Shown here one piece after another: positions 43,069 to 54,810 of a DNA stretch of 64,000 nucleotides (its first letter is position 1; the number at the start of each line of letters is the position of its first letter). Location of the stretch: assembly GCA_977017575.1 (NCBI GenBank), contig CDRNVI010000040.1:434001-498000 (forward strand). The letters run 5' to 3'. Made by a program: the position numbers and the translations under genes. The DNA is from Paramoeba atlantica (taxonomy: Eukaryota > Protista > Discosea). The notes under the pieces were generated by a model, which ran no database searches, was not told the DNA's origin, and saw nothing but the letters and a program-made list of their open reading frames with translations.

Positions 43069-43782
43069 ATGTCTGAAATAGTCTTGCGAAAGAAGCTGTT
43101 TCGTCGTCAGGTGAATTATCTGCTGGCACAAGCGTCGATCAAAGATTTGAATACTCAAAGTGAACACATTGCCACGCAACTTTTATCCTCTCTTTGGTGG
43201 AAAAAGTGTAGTACACTGGGGACGTATCTGAGCGTTCCATCACAATTTTCAACTCGGGAAGTTGATACCAGACATATCATACGAGAAGCACTCAAAGACG
43301 AATGTTGCAAAAAGGTGTATATAATTACCGAACCCCGTACCCAACAGGTGAACGTGGAAGGAGGTCCGTCTCACTGTGAACAAAAAAGGACAGATCTTAT
43401 GGTTTTTACCCGTGTGTCCTCCATGGAAGATTTAGATGCTCTGTTTGAAGTTGGCAGAATGGGGTTCCCACAGTTGCGGTATCCGACAGAAAGTGGCGAT
43501 TCACCAAGGGAGCTTGACTTGTTACTTGTTCCTGGCGTTGCGTTTACGAAGCAATGTGCCCGGTTGGGGAGAGGAAAAGGATGGTTTGATCGATTGCTTC
43601 GCACCCCAGGTACCACTTCCATCGAAGTTGCGATGGGTCTTGCGTTTACTTGTCAATTAGTAGCAGAAGATGATTTTCCCATGGAATCTCACGACGCCTT
43701 TCTTGATGCTGTAGTCACACCTTCAGGTAACTATGAAAGAGACCGCAGAACACAGTTTATACCCGAAAGCACTAGGGAATAG
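43069..43782 (+). CDS. MTHFS: 5-formyltetrahydrofolate cyclo-ligase
   Basis: DLLLVPGVAF...ARLGRGKG.FDR, GLAF..QL and HD..LDAVVTP. ATG at 43069. Confidence 0.9.
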   Translation: MSEIVLRKKLFRRQVNYLLAQASIKDLNTQSEHIATQLLSSLWWKKCSTLGTYLSVPSQFSTREVDTRHIIREALKDECCKKVYIITEPRTQQVNVEGGPSHCEQKRTDLMVFTRVSSMEDLDALFEVGRMGFPQLRYPTESGDSPRELDLLLVPGVAFTKQCARLGRGKGWFDRLLRTPGTTSIEVAMGLAFTCQLVAEDDFPMESHDAFLDAVVTPSGNYERDRRTQFIPESTRE

Positions 43783-43935
43783 AAAATAAGAAAATATTTT
43801 GTTAGGAAAAATGAATGATGCTGTCCTTTCTTTCTATTAAACACACCCTGGAAATTTTATTTACATGTACACACACAAGACAGGTATAGCCTTCTTACAC
43901 GTTTTAATTATTTAGACCTCAACATTGTCCTCGCA

Positions 43936-45120
43936 ATGGGTATTGATGGACTCAGCAAAGTAATCGCGGAGAAGGCCATTCACGGGTTGAAAAAGCAGGA
44001 CATCAAAAGTTACTTTGGTCGTCGCATTGCTCTGGATGCCTCCTGCGCGATCTACCAGTTCCTTATCGCACTAAAAGGCTTCTCCGAGGGTCAGGGTACG
44101 GAACTCACCAATGAGGCCGGGGAGGTGACCTCCCACCTTGTGGGGCTCTGGAGCCGCACACTTCGAATGGTCAGCGAGGGGATTAAACCGATTTACGTGT
44201 TTGATGGCAAGCCTCCCGACATGAAGTCGCATGAGATCTCCCGGAGGAACAAACTCGCGGCGGATGCGGCCACCGGGTTGCAAGTCGCGACTGAGTTAAA
44301 AGATGACGCCATGATGGAGCGCATGAGCAAACGCATGGTGCGCGTCACCCGGGAGCAGAACGAGGAGTGTAAGAAACTGCTACGGCTGATGGGGATGCCT
44401 GTGGTGGAGGCGCCGGAGGAGGCGGAGGCCCAGTGCGTAGAGCTTGTCCGCGGGGGCAAGGCGTGGGCCGTGGGGACGGAGGACATGGATGCCCTGACGT
44501 TTGGCGCCACGGTTATGCTGCGTCACCTGAACTATTCCCAGTCCGGTGGGATTATGGAGTACCATCTGGAGGAGGTGCTGCGTGATCTGAAGTTGACCCG
44601 GGAGCAGTTTATTGACTTTTGTGTGCTGCTTGGGTGTGATTACACTGGGAAGGTTGCGGGGATAGGTCCCGTGCGAGCGCTGGAGGGAATACTTCAATAT
44701 GGGAGTATGGAAAAGCTATTGGAGAACTTAGATCCGGAGAAACATCCATGGACGCCGGAAAACTTTAATTATGTCGCCGCTCGAAGGCTTTTTCAAAACC
44801 CAGTTGTGAATAAGGCAGAGGATTTGCTCATAGATTTTACTGAGCCCGACGTCGAAGGACTAAAAGAATTCCTTGTCAAGGAAAAATTATTTTCTGAAGA
44901 ACGCGTATCGCGCGGTATCCAAAAATTAATGGATGCGCGGAAGACGAAGACTCAAGGTCGGTTGGATACTTTTTTTAAGACTGCCCACAAGATTTCATCA
45001 ACCCCCTTCGGAGGGGAGGATGAGAAAAAAAACAAGCGAACTACGAAGGCGTCACTTCCCTCAGGAAAGCTTGTTAAGAAAGGACATGCGGGAGGAAAGA
45101 AAGGAGTTGCAAAAAACTAA
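43936..45120 (+). CDS. FEN1: Flap endonuclease 1
   Basis: MGI.GLSK.I, FGR.IALDAS..IYQFLIA, EAEAQC, TEDMDALTFG, GCDY and the PIP box TQGRLDTFF. Confidence 0.98.
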   Translation: MGIDGLSKVIAEKAIHGLKKQDIKSYFGRRIALDASCAIYQFLIALKGFSEGQGTELTNEAGEVTSHLVGLWSRTLRMVSEGIKPIYVFDGKPPDMKSHEISRRNKLAADAATGLQVATELKDDAMMERMSKRMVRVTREQNEECKKLLRLMGMPVVEAPEEAEAQCVELVRGGKAWAVGTEDMDALTFGATVMLRHLNYSQSGGIMEYHLEEVLRDLKLTREQFIDFCVLLGCDYTGKVAGIGPVRALEGILQYGSMEKLLENLDPEKHPWTPENFNYVAARRLFQNPVVNKAEDLLIDFTEPDVEGLKEFLVKEKLFSEERVSRGIQKLMDARKTKTQGRLDTFFKTAHKISSTPFGGEDEKKNKRTTKASLPSGKLVKKGHAGGKKGVAKN

Positions 45121-45462
45121 GGAGCGAGGTTTTAATGGTTTCCCTTGATCAGAACTCTTTTAGGGTATCGTGCAGTTTCAATAGCTATTATACCAAGTTG
45201 TAGCACTGAACATTCGCACGTTTTTTCTACAGTGTAGTAGAGTGTCGTGAAAGGACGGTGTCAGGCTCGTGGATTCTAAGTGTAGTATAGTAGAGTTTAG
45301 TTCTCAAAGGTGGCTTTGAAAAGGGAATTCATGATTCTGTCTTTGGAATAGGTTTTTTTCACATCATAGCAAAAGTCCCCTTTCACGTCATACAAGTATG
45401 TCGCAAATACGCATAAGAAAAAATTTTAGTAATACGGTCAAAACTAAGAATGTTTATTTAGT

Positions 45463-45960
45463 ATGCAGTCGCCAGAGTTAGTAAAGGAAGCTTCATTTTC
45501 GAAGAAAGTAGGAACCTTAAAAGAACTACCAAGCACTCCTCATAGTACGAACCGTCCGTTAATGCGGCAAGGTCTTGCGGATATTACGAATCTGTCTCCA
45601 CACATTTCCGGAGTGCACTCGATCAAAGACCCAATGCTGCTCAAAGGCTGTAGCCCACAAGAAAGTCAGTATCAGACTTCAGCTTCGGTTCCTAGTCGCA
45701 CTAAGAATAATATTTCACTATTCCCTGATCCCTCTGCCCTTGCCAATAGTACAGAAATACTAAATACCGGTAAGGAATTTCCGCCCGTTGAAACACAGGA
45801 TACTTCAAGGCCCGCACAATGGGACGTAGCTGATCTTAGAATCTTGATAGATGAGAGGGCTCTCAAAAGGTCAACCGGAATGGAACTCGAAGAAAACTAC
45901 GATTGTGTTCCTGATTTACCTGACCCACTTGAATACATTTCTGCTTATCCAGTTCTATAG
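45463..45960 (+). CDS. Hypothetical disordered protein with a destruction box
   Basis: 165-aa Ser/Pro/Thr-rich ORF containing RQGLADITN (RxxLxDIxN) and an acidic C-terminus. Confidence 0.7.
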   Translation: MQSPELVKEASFSKKVGTLKELPSTPHSTNRPLMRQGLADITNLSPHISGVHSIKDPMLLKGCSPQESQYQTSASVPSRTKNNISLFPDPSALANSTEILNTGKEFPPVETQDTSRPAQWDVADLRILIDERALKRSTGMELEENYDCVPDLPDPLEYISAYPVL

Positions 45961-46337
45961 AGTTCAAGCATGTAGTCCTGTAGATAGGTCCTGTTCTTGC
46001 CCTTAGGAAAATAGCACAATTATCTAGTTTTCTGGATAATGAACTTCGAGGAAAACAAATCTTTCATTCGCTCTAACTCCGATGAATGGCGCAGAACTTT
46101 AGCTAGTGCTTAAAATTCGGATATTTTTTCCTTTTCACAAAGTTTGACACCAAATTTGTAGATAACTTCTAAAGGGAACACACTTGACAACAGTTGTTCT
46201 GTCATACATGCCGTATACTTTTATGCTTTTATTACTCAAAACTTGTAACCCGCATCCCGAATTATACTTCGAAAGTCATTTTCACTACTAGTAAACCCTT
46301 TTTATCTTTCCCGGGTATCCATTTTTCTTTTTGTTTC

Positions 46338-47738
46338 ATGAGCAGCCGTACCTTGTACATTCTTTACGAGAGTGCTACCGGGTACGCGGTGTTTCAGCAA
46401 TTGCGCGCTGAGGAAATTGGCATCACGGATATCGCTCTTCAGCAATCCTATCAGGACCTCTCCACCTTTCGTACTGTTGTAAAACTCGTGAGCTTTGCAC
46501 CGTTCCGTACCGCCGAGGAGGCTCTGGAGAATTGCAACTGTGTCGCGGAGGGGCTGATGACGGATTACCTGCAGCAATTTCTCTCCCAGCTTTTCGCACG
46601 GAAGTTAAAGAAAGGGTCGGCGTTTGAACTCGGGGTAAGCGCCACCACCCTGGGGGCTGTGATCCATGATACACTTCAAATTCCGGTGGTTTCTACAGAG
46701 CACGTGCTGGAGCTCTCACGTTGTATTCGCCTACACGCGGGTAAATTGCTACCTTCTCATCAGCCGGGGGATATTGAGCGCGCACAGTGTGGTCTTACCC
46801 ACGCGTACAGCCGCAACAAAGTGAAGTTCAACGTTCATCGGGTGGACAACATGGTGATTCAGGCTATTGCGCTGATTGATCACATGGATAAGGGAATTAA
46901 CCAGCTTGCGATGCGCGTCAAGGAGTGGTACGGGTGGCATTTCCCAGAGCTCGCACGTGCTCTTCCGGATATTCTTCCTTACGCTAAAGTTGCTCTTACC
47001 CTTGGTGATCTTGATCAAATCCCCGATGTGGGGAAGGATCAGGAACTGGATGAAAAGCTGCGTGAAATTTTGCAGTTCTACGGTTTGGATGAAGGACTTG
47101 CGCAGACGATTTTGGAGCGCGCCCGGACCTCCATGGGAACACAAGTGTCGGAGTTGGACATGTTGAATATTATGGCCTATGCACGTAAGGTTGCGGATCT
47201 AGCTGAGTACCGCACTCGACTGACTGGGTACCTCACGCAAAAGCTAAAAGTAATTGCGCCGAACTTGACGACTCTGCTGGATGAACGTATTGCAGCGCGG
47301 CTGATTAGTCGCACTGGGTCACTTACGAGCCTTGCCAAAGCTCCAGCATCGACGATTCAAATTCTTGGGGCCGAAAAGGCACTGTTCCGGGCGCTCAAAA
47401 AGAAGGGCAAAACACCGAAGTATGGATTGATTTTCAACTCGAGCTTTATTTCGCGCGCGTCGAAACCGAACAAGGGGCGCATCTCTCGGTTTCTTGCAAA
47501 TAAGTGTGCAATCGCGGCCCGCTTAGATTGCTTCATGGAAAAACCTACCTCTATCTTTGGAGGCGTCTTACGGAATCAATTGGAGGGTCGCTTGGGATTC
47601 CTTGAAGACAAAAGTACGAGTCCGATATCAAACCGTGAGGCAATGAAGGAAGCTATCGAACGATATAAAAAATTGGTGGAAAAGCGGGTACGAAAGGCGA
47701 AAGAAAAAGCAGCTCTAAAAGAGCAAATGGCATCTTAA
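46338..47738 (+). CDS. NOP56: Box C/D snoRNP protein NOP56
   Basis: H.YSR.KVKFNV.RVDNM.IQ, EWYGWHFPEL, PAST.QILGAEKALFRALK and GRISRFLANKC. ATG at 46338. Confidence 0.95.
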   Translation: MSSRTLYILYESATGYAVFQQLRAEEIGITDIALQQSYQDLSTFRTVVKLVSFAPFRTAEEALENCNCVAEGLMTDYLQQFLSQLFARKLKKGSAFELGVSATTLGAVIHDTLQIPVVSTEHVLELSRCIRLHAGKLLPSHQPGDIERAQCGLTHAYSRNKVKFNVHRVDNMVIQAIALIDHMDKGINQLAMRVKEWYGWHFPELARALPDILPYAKVALTLGDLDQIPDVGKDQELDEKLREILQFYGLDEGLAQTILERARTSMGTQVSELDMLNIMAYARKVADLAEYRTRLTGYLTQKLKVIAPNLTTLLDERIAARLISRTGSLTSLAKAPASTIQILGAEKALFRALKKKGKTPKYGLIFNSSFISRASKPNKGRISRFLANKCAIAARLDCFMEKPTSIFGGVLRNQLEGRLGFLEDKSTSPISNREAMKEAIERYKKLVEKRVRKAKEKAALKEQMAS

Positions 47739-48150
47739 TATCTGAACGTTTTTAGAAATATACCTTAATTCAATGACAAACATGGCATTTCGCTCTTTAA
47801 TTTTATTTCTTAAAAGCTAAGCTTGAAAACAGGAATCTGTAACATGAAAAATGCATTCCAATATGAACTTAAAATTGTCGCACTGGACTCTATGGTTAAA
47901 CCTGCAGTTGTGCATAGTGGACATTCAGTAAGCTCTATCTGTTTTCTCTTTTCTTATGATTATTGATGTATCAAAAAAGAGTTGTACTCAACACACAGCA
48001 CCAATAACAAGCCTCCTACATTGTAACAGTTTACCATCCCCCACTAACCACGCTAACTTCCACAGAAAACTTTCTTTTTTTCTTTTTTGTCTCAGCCTTT
48101 TTACTTTCTAACTTCCCCACCACCCCCTTCACCTCCATGAACCCTCCTAC

Positions 48151-49332
48151 ATGAACCCACCTCACCTCTCTACTCTCCTCTTCGCACTCACTCTCCTCCT
48201 CCCGGTGGCACAACCTTACCACCCTCTTTACCCTCTAGAGGGCTACTCCTCCCCCGCGGATCCCTCCGAGACCCATCCCCCTTCTCATCCTGAGGAAGAC
48301 CAGCCGCCCCCCTCCCTCCCTCCCCCCACAGGCATCCACGAGGAGGACTACTTCGGTTCCGACGGGTACAAGTACGTCACCCCGAGCCCACGCGCCCAGG
48401 AAACCCGGAAAGCGCGAAAAGCAGCAGCTGCTGCTGCGCAAAAAGAAAAACAAAAAGATAAGGAAGAAGCCAACAAAGATAAGAAAGAATCCAACAAAGA
48501 TAAGAAAGAAGCCAACCAAGATAAGAAAGAAGCCAACAAAGATAAGAAAGAAGCCAACCAAGATAAGAAAGAAGCCAACCAAGATAAGAAAGAAGCCAAC
48601 CAAGATAAGAAAGAAGCCAACCAAGATAAGAAAGAAGCCAACCAAGATAAGGAGGCAGAAGAAAACCATAAAACAACAACAACAACAGCAACAACAACCC
48701 CATTTTCGAACCCAAAAGAAAGCCACTACGCGGTCGACACCAACGTGTTGCATTACCCGTTCCCCGATGGGGCGGCTCTCCCGGTGGTGGCGCCCGGGGC
48801 CGCGGGGGATGAGGACATGGAGGAGATGGATCTGTTCTCGGATCTCACCCTGGAGAGCGCGGCGCCGTACTTCCCCCCACTCCCGCGGGCGAGAGGGGGG
48901 AGGAACCGGGAGGCGGGGAGGGTGCGGGCGAAGACGATTTATGAGTACCTGGAGGATATTATCCACGAGCGGCTGCGGAGGTGTAGTCGACGGTGTAAGT
49001 GCTGGGGGTATGACATATGGCTCGGGTCGCTTCCGGGGGAGGCCAGGGGGTGGGTGACGGGGAAGAGCTACCGACGGATTCTGCAGGAGACGCATCTGCA
49101 GATGAGGGACCGACTGGATATGTGTGGGTGTTCCATGTATGTGGTGTGTCGTCACCTGCCGGAGAGTGTGCTCGCCAGGCATGTGAAGGATGAGGAGTAT
49201 ATTGTGTATGAGGATGTGTACCGTGAGCTGCAGTGGGTGGATCGTATGATACGCAAGAGCGTGGGCCTGTGCTGTTATGCGAAACAGGGTAACGTGAACG
49301 GGTATGAGAAGAAAATATACGCGGTATTGTAG
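48151..49332 (+). CDS. Hypothetical secreted or surface protein with DKKEAN(Q/K) repeats and a Cys-containing C-terminal domain
   Basis: Signal-peptide-like LSTLLFALTLLLPVAQP, then a Pro-rich linker, 9 heptad repeats and a Thr run. Confidence 0.7.
   Translation: MNPPHLSTLLFALTLLLPVAQPYHPLYPLEGYSSPADPSETHPPSHPEEDQPPPSLPPPTGIHEEDYFGSDGYKYVTPSPRAQETRKARKAAAAAAQKEKQKDKEEANKDKKESNKDKKEANQDKKEANKDKKEANQDKKEANQDKKEANQDKKEANQDKKEANQDKEAEENHKTTTTTATTTPFSNPKESHYAVDTNVLHYPFPDGAALPVVAPGAAGDEDMEEMDLFSDLTLESAAPYFPPLPRARGGRNREAGRVRAKTIYEYLEDIIHERLRRCSRRCKCWGYDIWLGSLPGEARGWVTGKSYRRILQETHLQMRDRLDMCGCSMYVVCRHLPESVLARHVKDEEYIVYEDVYRELQWVDRMIRKSVGLCCYAKQGNVNGYEKKIYAVL
48457..48651 (+). repeat. Coding tandem repeat, 9 x 21 bp GATAAGAAAGAAGCCAAC(C/A)AA
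   Basis: Read directly. Confidence 0.95.
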
Positions 49333-49531
49333 ACAGGTTACATTGGTTATGTTCCATTGTAGGAAACTGTTGTGGTTTTCGCGTATTTCGGGTTCTTTTT
49401 AACCCAAGCGAACCACTTTTTTGTGAAATTGTTTTATCATGCACTTATAGTGCAGAGATTTACTCACCATGTCCTTATCCCGCATACGACGGGTGGATCA
49501 TTTGAGGTTTCGTCCTCGCCGGAGGTGTGCG

Positions 49532-49693
49532 GGTGCGGAGAGCTGGCGTCCCAGGTGCAGAGAGCTCGGTTGTCATGTGCAGGTGCAGAGAGTCGGATGC
49601 GTAATCCCCAAAATTTCGGGGGCAATCCGGGTGCAGAGAGCTGCGACAGAGCCGAGGTGCGGAGAGCTGGGCGACCGCCAGGTGCAGAGAACC
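49532..49693. repeat. Six spaced copies of GGTGC(A/G)GAGA(GCT)
   Basis: Copies start at 49532, 49554, 49582, 49630, 49656 and 49681, with unique spacers of 9-36 nt. Confidence 0.9.
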
Positions 49694-49884
49694 GAGTCTC
49701 GTCGGCGGAGGACACGTCTAGTGGTCCTCAAGGGAGGCCACCGTGACGCATGGCCCTCTCGGAGAGGAAAAAGACAAGTCGAAAAAAGCCGAGAGGGGGG
49801 AGCACACTCACTCCAGGGGAGTGAGTCGGGGAGGGGTGAAGGGGTGAAAGCGCGTCCCCTGCTTCAGCGACAAGAGGGACAGTT

Positions 49885-50015
49885 CCGACCTTAGTGCCGG
49901 CCGGCAACGGGCATAAAAATACAGTAACAGTATGCCCGTTGCCGGGGAAAGAAAGGATTAACTAAGGAAAAAGTACCAACAAGGTACAGAAACTGTATCT
50001 TTAAATATGTATTGT
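49885..50015 (-). ncRNA. Spliced leader (mini-exon) RNA gene or SL-derived copy
   Basis: The - strand reads ACAATACATATTTAAAGATACAGTTTCTGTACCTTGTTG|GTAC. This has the kinetoplastid core CAGTTTCTGTAC, a 19-nt core-to-splice-site block ending TTG as in trypanosome SLs, and a GT donor. The exon is about 49977-50015; the 3-prime end of the RNA is uncertain. Confidence 0.8.
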
Positions 50016-50134
50016 ACTTTAAATATAAAAAACATGCATAGTAATTTGACACGTATTTTTTCACACAGCTACTCTTTTGTATTTGTTTCATATGCTATAA
50101 AACAATAGACACAGAACCTCACGACCACCAAACA

Positions 50135-52863
<2,729 letters not shown>

Positions 52864-53065
52864 TCAGATTAGTTGTTCTATCTTTTGTAATTTATCGTCA
52901 AGAATATCATTCTGAATCTCTAAGAATATCATTCCGTTCTTTGCTTGGTTTCTTCTGCCCGAAGTTTTTTTGTTGTATAAGTACTGTATATTCGTCCGTA
53001 TTTACTACTACTCTCCAGGGGACTCAATTTTTTCTCAATACCTAACAAATATTTCCTCTAGAAAA

Positions 53066-53311
53066 ATGGATTCAAACAAGACAGAAGAAGTGGAGAACTC
53101 TTCTAGACATAGAGTGCAAGATGAGGTCGATTGCGATCTCTCCCAATTTGATGAAGGGTATCTTTACAAACGTGCCCTAGTTCGGACAGGATCTGATCCT
53201 AAGAAAAAATTTACCATCGATGAAAGACAGATTATTGAAGCTCTTCGCGATCCTTGGGAAGAACTTGAGAGGTTACAAATCGTTCAAGTAAATGCCAGTA
53301 ATCATTCATGA
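53066..53311 (+). CDS. Small hypothetical acidic protein, 81 aa
   Basis: ATG ORF co-oriented with the cluster; no family recognised. Confidence 0.45.
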   Translation: MDSNKTEEVENSSRHRVQDEVDCDLSQFDEGYLYKRALVRTGSDPKKKFTIDERQIIEALRDPWEELERLQIVQVNASNHS

Positions 53312-53659
53312 AGTACAATTGTTCAATCGTGAGGTATTTGCTTTCAGATGCTCGTATTAGGAATGCTAAAAACGATATTCGCAAATGTTTTTCGGCATAT
53401 AAACTTAAGGTGGGCACTTCTTTCATCAAAATTCAAGTAATTTTTCCCTCAGAAATTCAACATTTTTTATCTTTGCTTTGCCTCTTTGCTTGAGATCCAC
53501 CCAAATCATCCTTCAGTATTCCCCTTTTTGGATGATTTTTTCATCAAAATAGCAAGCCTAACGCGCACACAGTCCCTAAAGAGCCAAAAACGAGCACAAG
53601 AGCAAAGACCGCGCCGCGAAGCGGCGCGAAAACATTTTTGGTCCTTTTCTGCTAATTTT

Positions 53660-53727
53660 TTAATATTCCTATACCTCTTAATATTCCTATACCTCTTAAT
53701 ATTCCTATACCCTCCTAATATTCCTAC
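53660..53727. repeat. Tandem repeat, about 3.7 x 18 bp TTAATATTCCTATACCTC
   Basis: Read directly. Confidence 0.9.
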
Positions 53728-54438
53728 CAGGAATATTAACCCGGACAGTGGTTTACTTTAAAGTAGTACTTTTCTTCACGGCCCGCGGAAACTTTTTAAA
53801 AGCTGAAAAACTTTTTTCAGGTCATTGAAAAGGTCGGAGTCCAACGGAGTTTGAATGCTGTAATAACTTTCGGGCCACTCAATGAGCGTGTGCATGCTCT
53901 GACGCGAACTCCTCGACTACACGGCGGATGTTTCCCAAAAATTCATCACTACCGTCGACTCCCCACCAGTAATAAACCCCCGGGTACAAGGATTGAGCCC
54001 TTTTTGGGCTGACCCCCATTAAGGAGGATTTGAACCCAAGTAACAGAGGTTTGGCTCGGAAGGCTATCTGGCTGGGGAGGCAGGCGTCGGGGGTGTCTGA
54101 GTGAGGAGATAATGGATGGGCGAGGCGGGGGTGTCTTGGTGAGCGGAGAATGGATGGACCAAAAGACACTAAAATATAGTATGATACAGTATAATATCGA
54201 CTTGATAATGATGATATCCTCCACGTTCGTAACGTTCTCCATGAAGAATTGGGGTGAATGAACAAACCACACGGTGTACCCAATTTCGTTTTCGTCAACA
54301 ATCATCAACCCCTTTCTTTCCTGATCCCGCATCCGACACCATGTGAGCATCAAAGACGCGCTCAGAGTGCAGTTCACCCAATGTTTCTTCAAGCAGAAAT
54401 TTGAATGCGGTGGCATCAGTAGGTACACTCCCTTTTTA

Positions 54439-54667
54439 TTTCTTTCCTACACCTCACTCGGTCTATAGTCAACTAATCGACTACTAAACCTTGATACAGC
54501 TTTTTTTGCTTGTAATCTATTAGATCAGCTTCTAATGATGAGAAACCATGAATCTTTTTTGATAGTTTACATGACAATCAGAACAGGTAACCCCGTGACT
54601 GAAACTTCAATTTTTGAGTGTAAAAAATATTTGTGCTTCGTATCAGGAACTGTTTCTTTACAACTAA
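54439..54667. repeat. Dispersed repeat of about 230 bp, copy 2
   Basis: Homologous to 40321-40551. Confidence 0.9.
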
Positions 54668-54810
54668 TACCTTGGAAAAACCAAAAATTGCACCTGTCTT
54701 GATTTTTTGTTAACCTGGTTCCTTTTTTTGATTAGGCTTTGTTAGGCTTTTTTGCCGAATTATTTATACTAATTTTTTAAACAAATTATATACAAGGAGT
54801 TTCTGGAGAC

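Noticed and set aside
48235-49182. 315-aa antisense ORF with ILVGFFL repeats, and similar antisense ORFs at 51457-52515, 55474-56058 and 3719-4335
   Set aside because: These are shadows of the sense-strand repeat or of GC-rich, stop-poor islands; no independent motifs.
49532-49693. CRISPR array (repeat plus unique spacers)
   Set aside because: Repeats are only 13 bp, spacers are irregular (9-36 nt), there are no cas genes and the context is eukaryotic.
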